Positions 17,734-26,610 of a DNA stretch of 64,000 nucleotides are shown here, piece by piece; the stretch's first letter is position 1; each line of letters opens with the position of its first letter. The DNA lies in sequence record NC_019405.1; one strand, 5' to 3'. Made by a program: the position numbers and the translations under genes. The notes under the pieces were generated by a model, which saw nothing but the letters and a program-made list of their open reading frames with translations, was not told the origin of the DNA and ran no database searches.

Positions 17734-17900
17734 TGAAGGACGACAAGGGCATCAAGGCCGCCTTCAGCCTGATCGGGGCGATCGCCCTGATCATCATCCT
17801 GTCGACGATCTTCCTCGGAGTCGCGCGGCGCTATGGCTGGACCGAGCCGAAGCTGGACCTGAATCTGGACCCGCCCGAAACTGTGAGGCCCATTCGATGA
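17733..17900 (+). CDS. Small membrane protein (55 aa)
   Basis: TGATG overlap; TM helix. Confidence 0.65.
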   Translation: MKDDKGIKAAFSLIGAIALIIILSTIFLGVARRYGWTEPKLDLNLDPPETVRPIR

Positions 17901-18103
17901 ACAATCCCGACGGCGTTCTGATCAAGACCTGGGAGGTCCACTGCCGGGCCTGCCAGGAACCCTATCTGGGCATCCGGGGCGACATGTCCCAGGCCCAGGC
18001 GGAGCTTCGCAAGATGGGCTGGCGCACGCGCGGCGGGCGCTGGGTCTGCGCGGTCTGCGAGCCGGGCGTGCCGATCGGCCACCGGTGGACAGATGAGCCC
18101 TGA
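17897..18103 (+). CDS. Small Zn-finger protein (68 aa)
   Basis: CRAC...CAVC. Confidence 0.7.
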   Translation: MNNPDGVLIKTWEVHCRACQEPYLGIRGDMSQAQAELRKMGWRTRGGRWVCAVCEPGVPIGHRWTDEP

Positions 18104-18194
18104 ATGACTTACCTATCGTCCATATAGGGCCATTACGCCTTACCTGTAAGGCGCCCGGAAATGGGCTAGTCGCGGCCCCAAGCCCTCTGGAGGG

Positions 18195-18398
18195 CTACTT
18201 TTCCATGAATTTCCGCACCTGGAGGTAGCGCCCAAGCAAGTCGTGCAGCACCTCCGCCTCCCGGAGCGTGATGATCTGCTCGCCGAGCGACGTCGGCCCC
18301 TCTAGGGCTACGAGGACCTGATCGTCGACCGCATCCTCGATCGTCACCACGATGGGATTGCCGAGTTCGTTGATGAACGCCTTCTGAAGCTGCCGCAC
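18195..18398 (-). CDS. Hypothetical protein (67 aa)
   Basis: AAGGAG RBS inside the end of the upstream minus-strand gene. Confidence 0.7.
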   Translation of the reverse strand: MRQLQKAFINELGNPIVVTIEDAVDDQVLVALEGPTSLGEQIITLREAEVLHDLLGRYLQVRKFMEK

Positions 18399-18402
18399 GG
18401 TG

Positions 18403-19158
18403 CTACTCCTTGAGGTAGCCGGCGGCGATCGCCTCGGCCCTGGTGTCGGCTTTGCTCAGGACCGAATAGCCCCGCGCCTGGATGAAACGGACGTCCTCGT
18501 AAAGCTGGACCTCCAGCTTGCCGTCGAGCGCGATGCGCCCCAGCCGAACGGGCGAGGCCACGAACGGCGCCGGCTCTCCGCCCTTCCAGACATTGATCTC
18601 GACCTCGCCGCGATCGGCCGTCGCCACCACCAGCGAGGCGTGGCCGCCGATCCAGTTGGGATTCCAGATTTCCAGCCACATCGTGTCGCCGCCCGCGCCG
18701 GCGTCGGCCAAGCGGCGCGCCAGCGTCAGGGCGTAGTCCTCGCAGTCGCCGCAGAAGGCGTTTTCGGCCCAAAAATCGCCCTTTTGGTACATCGTGCGGT
18801 CGGAAGTGTACTGAAAAGTGCTCCTGAGCGCCTTGTCTTGCTCAAAAACCTCTGAAAATGCCAATTTTTGCCCCTTCCTGACCTCGCAGAGGGGATTTTT
18901 GGCCCATTTTTCGCAGAAAACCCGCAGATCGGGGATCGCCACCGCCACTTCGCCGCCATAGGCGGGCGTCTCGTCGCCCGAGCCGCTGGATTTCGGGTCG
19001 GCGGGGCATTGGTGGTCGACGGCGGCCGGCGCGGTGACGAACGGCAAGTCCTGGCCCGGCGCGGCGAGGGAAAGAGCGCTCCAGGCGAACCAGCCCAGGG
19101 TGCCAAACAGGATCGTTGCGATCGCGACGACGACAAGCCAGAAACGCATGATCGACAC
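18403..19158 (-). CDS. Transglutaminase-like cysteine peptidase (BTLCP/C93, LapG-like), exported
   Basis: N-terminal signal/TM; GDCEDYALT...L...G and GHASLVV catalytic motifs. Confidence 0.8.
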   Translation of the reverse strand: MSIMRFWLVVVAIATILFGTLGWFAWSALSLAAPGQDLPFVTAPAAVDHQCPADPKSSGSGDETPAYGGEVAVAIPDLRVFCEKWAKNPLCEVRKGQKLAFSEVFEQDKALRSTFQYTSDRTMYQKGDFWAENAFCGDCEDYALTLARRLADAGAGGDTMWLEIWNPNWIGGHASLVVATADRGEVEINVWKGGEPAPFVASPVRLGRIALDGKLEVQLYEDVRFIQARGYSVLSKADTRAEAIAAGYLKE

Positions 19159-19278
19159 CCCTTAAGTGTCATTAACCATGACACAAGATGTCGTGAATCG
19201 CAACATTCGCGCATAAGAAGAGCCCCGCCTGTCGTGATTCCAGGCGGGGCTCGTGCTGCTTAGGAGAAACAGAAGAGA

Positions 19279-19310
19279 AGAGGTCGATCCCTGGGTGGCG
19301 GATCAACCTC
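19279..19310 (-). terminator. Terminator of the minus-strand minigene transcript
   Basis: GAGGTTGATCC/GGATCGACCTC stem then U-rich tract on the minus strand. Confidence 0.65.
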
Positions 19311-19318
19311 TCGACAGT

Positions 19319-19330
19319 TTACTTGAGCAT
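19319..19330 (-). other. Minigene ATG CTC AAG TAA (Met-Leu-Lys)
   Basis: AAGGAAGGAG 6 nt upstream; TTGACG-17-TAGCTT promoter at 19421-19393. Confidence 0.5.
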
Positions 19331-19452
19331 ACCGGTCTCCTTCCTTGGTCTGGTCTGTCCGGCGGCCTTGCGCGGCCCCTTGTGAAGATTTGAAGCTAAA
19401 CCGGCAACGAAACGGCGTCAAGACCTAAATGTGCTGATTCACGACTTCGAAT

Positions 19453-19468
19453 GTCGTGAATCTTGACA
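19453..19468 (+). promoter_or_regulatory. GANTC/-35 promoter motif before portal
   Basis: GTCGTGAATCTTGACA; inverted copy GATTCACGAC just upstream. Confidence 0.7.
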
Positions 19469-19576
19469 ACCGGGCGTTAACCATGCCATTTTCCCGCCTA
19501 CCTGCCCCACCGGTAGGGCCTCCAACGTCAACTTGGGGAGGATGCGTGCGTCCTCCCCTCCTTCTCCGGGCGCCGC

Positions 19577-21475
19577 ATGGCCGGTCAGACGCCGAACTCC
19601 CTGAACATCTCGCGGGTCGCCCGCGCGACCTCGCAGGCCATCTATCTGGTCACCCATCCTGAGTACCAGCACTGGCGCTCGGAGTGGACCAAGCTGCGCG
19701 ACGTCCTGGCGGGTCAGCGCGAGATCAAGCGCAAGGGCGAGGCCTATCTGCCGGCCATGAAGGGCGCCGACAAGGACGACTACAAAATCTACCTGGAGCG
19801 GGCGACCTTCTTCAACATGCTCGCCCAGACGCGCGATGGCATGACCGGCATGGTCTTCCGCCGCGACCCGTCGATCAAGAACCTGCCGCCCAAGTTCAAG
19901 GACGCCGTGCGGCGCTTCGCCAAGGACGGCTCCTCGCACGCCACTTTCGCCAAGGCGGTCCTGTCGGACCAGTCGGGCATTGGCCGCTACGGCGTCCTGG
20001 TCGACGTCACCGATTCCCCGGTCCGCAACGCCCAGCCGTCAAGCTTCGCGGTCGGCTACGCGGCCGAAAACATCCTCGACTGGGACGAGGTGGTCGACAC
20101 CGCCGGCTTCTATGTCCCCAGCCGCGTCCTGCTGCGCGAATTCGTCCGCGACCTGCGCTGGAAGAGCGACATCGAGCCCCTGACCACCGCCAAGGCCCGC
20201 AAGGCGCGCGCCGAGGCCCTGGCCTCCGGCTCCTCGTCCAGCCCCCTGGTGCGCCAGACCGCCCGCACCCTGGGCGGCTACAGCTACATCACCGTCTATC
20301 GGGAACTGAAGCTCGAAGAGATCGAGTGGCCGTCCGGCGAGGTCAAGCCCGCCTACGTCCAGTACCTCTACGAAGAAGACCCCGAGTCGACGCCGATCGC
20401 CCGCCTCGTCCCCAATGTCCGGGGCGAGCCGCTCGACTTCATCCCCTTCAAGTTCTTCGGCGCCTCGGGCAACACCGCCGACGTCGAAAAGCCGCCGCTG
20501 CTCGACATCTGCGACCTCAACCTGTCGCACTACCGCACCTACGCCGAACTCGAATACGGCCGCCTGTTCACCGCCCTGCCGGTCTATTACGCGCCGGGCA
20601 CCGACAGCGAGGGCACGGGCGAATACCACATCGGCCCGAACATGGTCTGGGAAGTCCCGCAGGGCTCCGAGCCGGGCATCCTGGAATATACCGGCCAGGG
20701 CCTGAAGGCCCTCGAAACCGCCCTCAACGACAAGGAGCGGCAGATCGCCGCGATCGGCGGTCGGATGATGCCCGGCGCCTCCAAGTCGGTGTCGGAGAGC
20801 AACAACCAGACGACCCTTCGCGAGGCCAACGAGCAATCGCTGCTCCTCAACATCATCCAGGCCTGCGAGGCGGGGATGACCGACGTCGTCCGCTGGTGGC
20901 TGATGTGGCGCGACGTGCCGCTCGCCGAGACCCAGGACCTGCGCTACGAGATCAACACCGACTTCCTGTCGACGCCGATCGGCGCGCGCGAGATGCGGGC
21001 GATCCAGCTTATGGCCAACGACGGCCTGCTGCCCGACCCGGTCTTCTACGAGTACATGCGCAAGGCCGAGGTCATCTCCTCGGACATGACCTTCGAGGAG
21101 TTCCAGGAACTGCGCGCCGATCCGGATTCGTTCATCAACAACCCGGACGCCCAGGCCCGCCAGCGCGGCTTCACCAACCGCAGCCAGGAACTCGAACAGA
21201 CCCGCATGGCGCGCGAGGCCGACTTCACCCAGCAGAAGATCGACATCCAGGAGCGCGCGGTCGCCGTCCAGGAAGGTCACGCCGAAGTCGCCCACGCCGT
21301 CGGTTCGACCTCGGTCTCGGCCTCGCGCAAGCTGGGCGATCCCGAGCAGGCCAAGCCGGCGCAGGCCGAGGCCGCCCAGATCGCCAACCAGCGCCGTCAG
21401 ATCAGCAACGCCGCCGCGACCCCGCCGGCGGCGCCGGGCGCTCCCCCCGCCCCGAACCCGAGGACCGCCCGATGA
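19577..21475 (+). CDS. Portal protein (632 aa)
   Basis: DUF4055-like portal pattern (W...RD...G...K..GEAYLP, YL.RA.F.N, PPLLD.C.LNL.HY); size and context. Confidence 0.88.
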   Translation: MAGQTPNSLNISRVARATSQAIYLVTHPEYQHWRSEWTKLRDVLAGQREIKRKGEAYLPAMKGADKDDYKIYLERATFFNMLAQTRDGMTGMVFRRDPSIKNLPPKFKDAVRRFAKDGSSHATFAKAVLSDQSGIGRYGVLVDVTDSPVRNAQPSSFAVGYAAENILDWDEVVDTAGFYVPSRVLLREFVRDLRWKSDIEPLTTAKARKARAEALASGSSSSPLVRQTARTLGGYSYITVYRELKLEEIEWPSGEVKPAYVQYLYEEDPESTPIARLVPNVRGEPLDFIPFKFFGASGNTADVEKPPLLDICDLNLSHYRTYAELEYGRLFTALPVYYAPGTDSEGTGEYHIGPNMVWEVPQGSEPGILEYTGQGLKALETALNDKERQIAAIGGRMMPGASKSVSESNNQTTLREANEQSLLLNIIQACEAGMTDVVRWWLMWRDVPLAETQDLRYEINTDFLSTPIGAREMRAIQLMANDGLLPDPVFYEYMRKAEVISSDMTFEEFQELRADPDSFINNPDAQARQRGFTNRSQELEQTRMAREADFTQQKIDIQERAVAVQEGHAEVAHAVGSTSVSASRKLGDPEQAKPAQAEAAQIANQRRQISNAAATPPAAPGAPPAPNPRTAR

Positions 21476-21798
21476 GCTACCTCCTGTCGCCCTACAAGGC
21501 CCCCGAGCCCGAAGTGGTCGCCGCCCACGCCAAGACCCTCCTGGCCCAGCAGGGCTACAGCGCCCGTGACGCGCTGATCGGGCGCTGCCAGGAAGCGAGC
21601 GTTGATCTGGCCCGCACCGCCGGCCTGAACGTCGCCGAGGCCGCCGAGGTCGGCGAGGAGATCGCCAACTTGCAGCGGCTGGTCGCCGAACTGACCGCCA
21701 CCCAAGCCAAGCTGGAGGCCGAGGGCCGCAGCGCCTACGAAGCCGCCGCCCTCAACGCCGCGACGGCCGTCTATCTGTCGCGCGGCCTGACGCCGTAA
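21472..21798 (+). CDS. Hypothetical protein (108 aa)
   Basis: ATGA overlap with portal. Confidence 0.75.
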   Translation: MSYLLSPYKAPEPEVVAAHAKTLLAQQGYSARDALIGRCQEASVDLARTAGLNVAEAAEVGEEIANLQRLVAELTATQAKLEAEGRSAYEAAALNAATAVYLSRGLTP

Positions 21799-21817
21799 CC
21801 CTAGCTTGCAGAGTAAC

Positions 21818-21997
21818 ATGCCCTCGCGCTACGATTCCCTTGAAGACCTGATGCACGACCTCGATCACGAGGGCATCGTGGACGATGGCTTTGGCGAACT
21901 GGACGAGGAGGACCTGTCCCTTCTCACCCCGCCGGGCAAGAAGACCGCGCCCGCGCCGGCCGCCAAGAAGCGGGGCCGCCCCAAGAAAGCGACCTGA
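21818..21997 (+). CDS. Small acidic/basic protein (59 aa)
   Basis: Ends in an AT-hook-like KKRGRPKK. Confidence 0.65.
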   Translation: MPSRYDSLEDLMHDLDHEGIVDDGFGELDEEDLSLLTPPGKKTAPAPAAKKRGRPKKAT

Positions 21998-22236
21998 TGC
22001 GCCACGCCTCCGCTCGCTGGAACGTCCTGACCGTCCGCCTGGACGACGTCGCCCACTGGGTCGACGAGGTCGACGTGGTCATCACCGATCTGGAGACGGG
22101 CGAGCACCCGCGCGGCGAGGACGGCGAGTTCCTCCCCATTCTGTCGGCGACCCCCGAAACCATCACCCTCTATAACGGCCACGCCATCGCCGGCCGCTAC
22201 GAGATCACCTCCAGCCTTGAGGCGCCCCGTGTCTGA
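21997..22236 (+). CDS. Hypothetical protein (79 aa)
   Basis: TGATG overlap. Confidence 0.65.
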   Translation: MRHASARWNVLTVRLDDVAHWVDEVDVVITDLETGEHPRGEDGEFLPILSATPETITLYNGHAIAGRYEITSSLEAPRV

Positions 22237-22402
22237 GACGACCCTGATCGGCGATCCGAACGCCGAGCGGACCATCGAGGTCCTGGCCATGCACCCCGAC
22301 GAGGCCGCGAGCTTCGTTCCCACGCCCGAGCAGGCCGCCAAGATCGCGGCGGGCGACATGATCATCGGGATCATCCGCTACGGTCCGCCGCCAACGTCGT
22401 GA
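22229..22402 (+). CDS. Hypothetical protein (57 aa)
   Basis: GAGG RBS, GTG start. Confidence 0.55.
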   Translation: MSETTLIGDPNAERTIEVLAMHPDEAASFVPTPEQAAKIAAGDMIIGIIRYGPPPTS

Positions 22403-22450
22403 ATCTTGACACGCCATGTCAGGTGTGATGACGTAGCCCTCGTTAACCAC
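22396..22450 (+). promoter_or_regulatory. GANTC/-35 promoter, extended type
   Basis: GTCGTGAATCTTGACAC...ATGTCA-N7-TGAC...CTCGTTAACCA. Confidence 0.7.
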
Positions 22451-22462
22451 GAGGGCTTTTCC

Positions 22463-22720
22463 ATGACCACCGCCGTCGACATCCAAGCCGCCGGGCACAA
22501 CCTGATCGTCTACCTGACGGACATCTATGTCGTCGACGGCGAAGCCCAGGAGCGCGACTCCATCGAGTTCGTCCGCAAGGGCGCCAAGCGGACCTTCCAC
22601 GTTCACCAGACCCGCGACCTCTATGTGACCGAGGTCCGCGACGCCGAGACCGATCTCAACGCCCTGATCGACGCTGGCGACGAGGCGGCGGCCCGCCAGT
22701 ACATCGCCGAGGCGACTTAA
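22463..22720 (+). CDS. Hypothetical protein (85 aa)
   Basis: GAGGG RBS. Confidence 0.75.
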   Translation: MTTAVDIQAAGHNLIVYLTDIYVVDGEAQERDSIEFVRKGAKRTFHVHQTRDLYVTEVRDAETDLNALIDAGDEAAARQYIAEAT

Positions 22721-22911
22721 GTTCATAGCGGCGCCGATTGCCCAGCGGGCGCATGCCGGACACGCGCTGGGAAACCAAATCGGCCGCGATGCGCGCGAGG
22801 GCTTTTTTGATGCAGGCCTAGCGCGTCAACAGGTGGCGCCGGCTCCTGGGTTCCAGGGGTTCCTTTCAACCTGAATCGCGGCAAGTCCGGGCTCCTTTCC
22901 CAGAGGGCTCC

Positions 22912-23490
22912 ATGAGCGACGATTTCGACAAGCGTTTCGACGAGATGAAGGCGGCCCTGGACGGCGTCGCGCCGGGCCAGCTTCGGCTCCCCTTCCCCGG
23001 ATCGGCCTCGGCTTCGGCCGAGGAGTTGATCCGCCGCTTCTCGGCCCTCAATCCCGCCCCGGCCTTCGTGCTCGGGGCGGCCGTCAAGCTCTCGGACGCC
23101 CCGCCCGAGCCGCTGCTGCGCGACGGCCACGCCGACGAGGTCTTCGTCGACCTGCCGTTCGACCACAAGACGGTGGCCGACTGCAAGGCCAAGTTCGTCG
23201 ACAGCCACAAGGTTCTCCAGGGCTTTTCGGGCGGGGCGGTCGAGGAAGCGGCGCCCAAGATCACGATCCAGGTCTATCTCAAGAACGGGCAGGTGCGCGA
23301 GTACGACGTCGACACCCAGGCCGCCGCCCGCGAGCACGCCTACGAGATCATCCAGACCGGCTACCGCGCCGTCGACGAGGCCGACCCCACCGTCCTGACC
23401 CACTGGCCGCCGCACGAGATCAAGAAGGTCAAGATCAAGGCGCCCGCGCCGTGGACGACCCGCTTTTTCGACCGCGTGCGGGGCACCTGA
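22912..23490 (+). CDS. Hypothetical protein (192 aa)
   Basis: GAGGG RBS. Confidence 0.8.
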   Translation: MSDDFDKRFDEMKAALDGVAPGQLRLPFPGSASASAEELIRRFSALNPAPAFVLGAAVKLSDAPPEPLLRDGHADEVFVDLPFDHKTVADCKAKFVDSHKVLQGFSGGAVEEAAPKITIQVYLKNGQVREYDVDTQAAAREHAYEIIQTGYRAVDEADPTVLTHWPPHEIKKVKIKAPAPWTTRFFDRVRGT

Positions 23491-23726
23491 TGACCACCGC
23501 GTTCGACGCCGTCCTCGCCCGGATCGAGTCCGGCGAGCCCTTTACCTATGCCGGCCTGAGCGCGGTCAACGACGCGGCTGGCGGGAACGAGGCGCGCGAC
23601 CGGCTGGCCGACCGCACGATCCAGAAGTACCGCCGCAAGGGCTGGATCACCTTCACCCGCGAGGGCCGCTACGTGGTCTGGCGTCCGACGCCGGCCGGCG
23701 CCGCCCAGTTCAACCTCCAAGCTTAG
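23490..23726 (+). CDS. Small winged-helix-like protein (78 aa)
   Basis: TGATG overlap; RTIQKYRRKGWITF...W..TPAG wHTH-like pattern. Confidence 0.65.
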   Translation: MTTAFDAVLARIESGEPFTYAGLSAVNDAAGGNEARDRLADRTIQKYRRKGWITFTREGRYVVWRPTPAGAAQFNLQA

Positions 23727-23736
23727 GAGCCCGTCC

Positions 23737-24120
23737 ATGTGCGTTGTTTCCGCCGTGATGGACTACGGCCGCCGGCAATGGCCCGACCTGATGGGGCCGG
23801 GCGGTCCGACCATCGTGCCGGGCGTGGATCAGCCCTGGTTCGAGATCGTCTCGCCCGGCCTGCCCCCGGCCCCGGTTCACCCCAAGCCCAAGGTCCCGAC
23901 TCGCGCTGAGATCGAGGCTTTCCGCCGGCTGGTCCAGGCCGCCAATGAATTCGACCAGCAGACCGGCCAGCCCCACTGCGAGGACCCCGAGAAGATCAAG
24001 CTGCTCGACGCGATCAACAAGCTGGCCGATCGCCTCGACGCCATCGAAAAGCGTCTCGCCGCCCAGGACAGCGCCGACGCCGAGGACGCGGCGGCGATCA
24101 CCGCCTCGGTCGAGACGTGA
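23737..24120 (+). CDS. Hypothetical protein (127 aa)
   Basis: AGGAG RBS. Confidence 0.75.
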   Translation: MCVVSAVMDYGRRQWPDLMGPGGPTIVPGVDQPWFEIVSPGLPPAPVHPKPKVPTRAEIEAFRRLVQAANEFDQQTGQPHCEDPEKIKLLDAINKLADRLDAIEKRLAAQDSADAEDAAAITASVET

Positions 24121-24362
24121 GCGTCTTCGATCTCCCGGCCGACGGCTTTGATCGCCGCAAGCCACTCTACCGGGTCTTCAACATCGACGGCGAGAAGCAG
24201 TGGTGGACGGTGATCGCCGCCCTCAACGCGCCGGGCCGCCGCTGCACCAAGCAGGAGGCCATGGGCTGCGAGGACTATGTCGCCGCCCATGCCTGGGCCG
24301 AGCACTTCTGGAACTGTTACGCCGCCACTGGCAAGGCGACCATCTACGAGAGCACGCGATGA
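24117..24362 (+). CDS. Hypothetical protein (81 aa)
   Basis: GTGA overlap. Confidence 0.65.
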   Translation: MSVFDLPADGFDRRKPLYRVFNIDGEKQWWTVIAALNAPGRRCTKQEAMGCEDYVAAHAWAEHFWNCYAATGKATIYESTR

Positions 24363-24643
24363 AACTCACCGTCAGCGGTCAGGACATGAGCGGGACCGAG
24401 ACCGTCTATCTGATGCTGGTCCCCCGCGTGGGCGTGCGCCTGGAGAGCGACAAGCCCGTCACCCTGACCTTCGATCCGCTGCCCGGCGCGGCCGGCGCCG
24501 TCAGGGTCGATCCCAAGACCCCCCTGACCCTGGCCGAGAACCCCAAGCCGAGCGAACTGCGGCTGCTGCCGGCCGGCGCCGAGCAGGTCTTCTACCTCAA
24601 CGCCAATGGCCGCTGGATGGTGACCTTCAGGGAAGAGCCGTGA
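24359..24643 (+). CDS. Hypothetical protein (94 aa)
   Basis: ATGA overlap. Confidence 0.7.
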   Translation: MKLTVSGQDMSGTETVYLMLVPRVGVRLESDKPVTLTFDPLPGAAGAVRVDPKTPLTLAENPKPSELRLLPAGAEQVFYLNANGRWMVTFREEP

Positions 24644-24879
24644 AACCGGCCCAGCCCATGCCCAACGGCATGCCGTTCGGGCGCGACGGCTTCCCGCGCG
24701 TCGAGAAGATCGACGCGGTGCGCAACATCGTCACCTTCCATACCGGCGAGACGGCCCCGATCACCAGTTACCTCGCCGGCGGCGAGGAGGTCGGCAACCC
24801 GCTGCGCGCCCAGGTCATCGTCTGCGGCCCCTATCGCGGCAAGTGGCTGGTCATTCCGGTCGAGGAGGGTGACATTTGA
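24640..24879 (+). CDS. Hypothetical protein (79 aa)
   Basis: GTGA overlap. Confidence 0.65.
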   Translation: MKPAQPMPNGMPFGRDGFPRVEKIDAVRNIVTFHTGETAPITSYLAGGEEVGNPLRAQVIVCGPYRGKWLVIPVEEGDI

Positions 24880-25115
24880 GCCGCCCCCGCAGCGTCACCG
24901 AAGTCCTCTGCGACGACTTCCGCGCCCTCCTGACCACGGGCTTCTACGTCACCGACGAGCATGGCGAGGTCCATGGACCGGGCACCCCGCTGGGCGATGC
25001 GGCCCTGGCGGCGACCAAAGCGTGGCGCGGCGATCTCTGGAAGGCCTTCCGCCCGATCGACGACAGCATGTGCCCGGTCCGCGTCCACGAGCGCGAAGCC
25101 GCCAAGCGTCCATGA
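24876..25115 (+). CDS. Hypothetical protein (79 aa)
   Basis: GAGGAGG RBS, TTGA overlap. Confidence 0.65.
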   Translation: MSRPRSVTEVLCDDFRALLTTGFYVTDEHGEVHGPGTPLGDAALAATKAWRGDLWKAFRPIDDSMCPVRVHEREAAKRP

Positions 25116-25483
25116 CCCATCGTCCCTCGGCCTATCTCCGGACCCCGCCGATGCGCTATCCCGGCCCTTCCGGCTTCGACGAACGGCTGCACCGGGCCGA
25201 CGGGCGCGCGACGCGGCTTTTGGTCGCGCCGCATCTGGCCTGGGCGCTCCACCAGCTACGGCGCTATGGTTCGCCGATCGACTGGCTCTTGCCGGCGACG
25301 CGCGAGGGCCTCGTCGCGCCGGGCGATCGCCCATTCGGCCAGAAGACGGTGCGTCTCAAGCTCGGCCGCCGGCGGCTGACCCGCCTGGGCGACTACCTCG
25401 AATACATGCAGTTCGCGAGTGATGTGGACCTTGCAACCTACAAGCAGTGGCTGAAGGAGACGCCGATTTTTCCGGTGTCGTGA
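25112..25483 (+). CDS. Hypothetical protein (123 aa)
   Basis: ATGA overlap. Confidence 0.65.
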   Translation: MTHRPSAYLRTPPMRYPGPSGFDERLHRADGRATRLLVAPHLAWALHQLRRYGSPIDWLLPATREGLVAPGDRPFGQKTVRLKLGRRRLTRLGDYLEYMQFASDVDLATYKQWLKETPIFPVS

Positions 25484-25530
25484 TTCTTGACACCCTATGT
25501 CGTCTGTGGTGACATCCGCTCGTTAACCAT
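25477..25530 (+). promoter_or_regulatory. GANTC/-35 promoter, extended type (paralogue of 22396)
   Basis: GTCGTGATTCTTGACAC...ATGTCG-N7-TGAC...CTCGTTAACCA. Confidence 0.7.
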
Positions 25531-25894
25531 GACGGGCTCCCTGATGATCCGCCTGACCAAATCCCAGCACTACACGAACACGGCGGAGAACGACCGTAGC
25601 TGGTACCTCGATCCGGGCCTGACCTTCGAGGTCCACGGCCTGCCGCCCGTCAAGCCGGAGCAGAAGATTGGCTACCCGGACGCCGGCGCCCTGGTCTGTG
25701 TGAATGGCGAGGCCCACTATGTCGACGAGGATGTCGAAACCATCCTCACCTTGATCAAGATCGCGCGGAACCCGCAGCGCTATCGACTGGCGACGGACGA
25801 GGGGAAGCTGATCGCCCACGAGGACCTGATCTACCTCGGCTACTCGGACGGCTCGTTCGATTACGGCCTGATGGGCGAGGAGCGCTACCAGTGA
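25529..25894 (+). CDS. Hypothetical protein (~121 aa; start uncertain)
   Basis: ORF directly after promoter. Confidence 0.7.
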   Translation: MTGSLMIRLTKSQHYTNTAENDRSWYLDPGLTFEVHGLPPVKPEQKIGYPDAGALVCVNGEAHYVDEDVETILTLIKIARNPQRYRLATDEGKLIAHEDLIYLGYSDGSFDYGLMGEERYQ

Positions 25895-26571
25895 TTGGCA
25901 ACCTCATCGCGCTTCGTCAGAACGAAGCCCTGGCCCTGGCGCGCGGCGTGCTGTCGAGCCCCGATCCGGTCGGTCACATCACCCGCAAGCTGGCCCAGGC
26001 CCTGGTTGACGAAGCCGCGCTCTACGAGGACCGGCGCCTCGCCTTCATGCACCCTTCGATCCTCTGCGCCAACGGTGAGTATTACGACTTCACCGATCCG
26101 GACGCCTTTTCCTGGGACATCGAGGTGATCGCCGCCGGCCTGCGCGCCCCGCGCTTCACCGCCCAGACCCGGAGCCTGGGGACCTATTCGATCCTCCAGC
26201 ACTCGGTCCTGGCCAGCTACATCGTCCCCAAGGGCTTCGAACTGGAGGCCCTGCTGCACGACGCCCAGGAGAGCGTGCTCGGCGACAAGGCCACGCCGTT
26301 CAAAATCCTCCTGCCTGACTACAAGCACTACGAGGACGCGGCCGAGCGCGCCGTGCGGCGCAAGTACGGCCTGCCCGAGACGATGTCGCGCGAGGTCAAG
26401 CACGCCGACGTCGTCATGCTCGCCACCGAGAAGCGCGACATCATGCCCAACCCCGAGGACGAGTGGGAAATGCTCAAGGATATCAAACCCTTGGACTTCC
26501 CGATCGAGGTTTGGGACGTCGAGCACGCCCGCAAGGTCTTCCTCGACCGCTTCGCCGATCTGACGGCCTGA
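25891..26571 (+). CDS. HD-domain phosphohydrolase (YfbR/5'-deoxynucleotidase-like)
   Basis: RF...YSILQHSVL...ALLHDAQE...GD..TP.K motif. Confidence 0.85.
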   Translation: MIGNLIALRQNEALALARGVLSSPDPVGHITRKLAQALVDEAALYEDRRLAFMHPSILCANGEYYDFTDPDAFSWDIEVIAAGLRAPRFTAQTRSLGTYSILQHSVLASYIVPKGFELEALLHDAQESVLGDKATPFKILLPDYKHYEDAAERAVRRKYGLPETMSREVKHADVVMLATEKRDIMPNPEDEWEMLKDIKPLDFPIEVWDVEHARKVFLDRFADLTA

Positions 26572-26610
26572 CGTCCGCTCCTGACGTAGAACGATACGAG
26601 AACATCCGCT

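Noticed and set aside
19684-21798. 704-aa plus-strand ORF overlapping the portal
   Set aside because: Arg/Pro/Gly-rich shifted-frame artefact; only its last 108 codons (21472-21798) look like a real gene.
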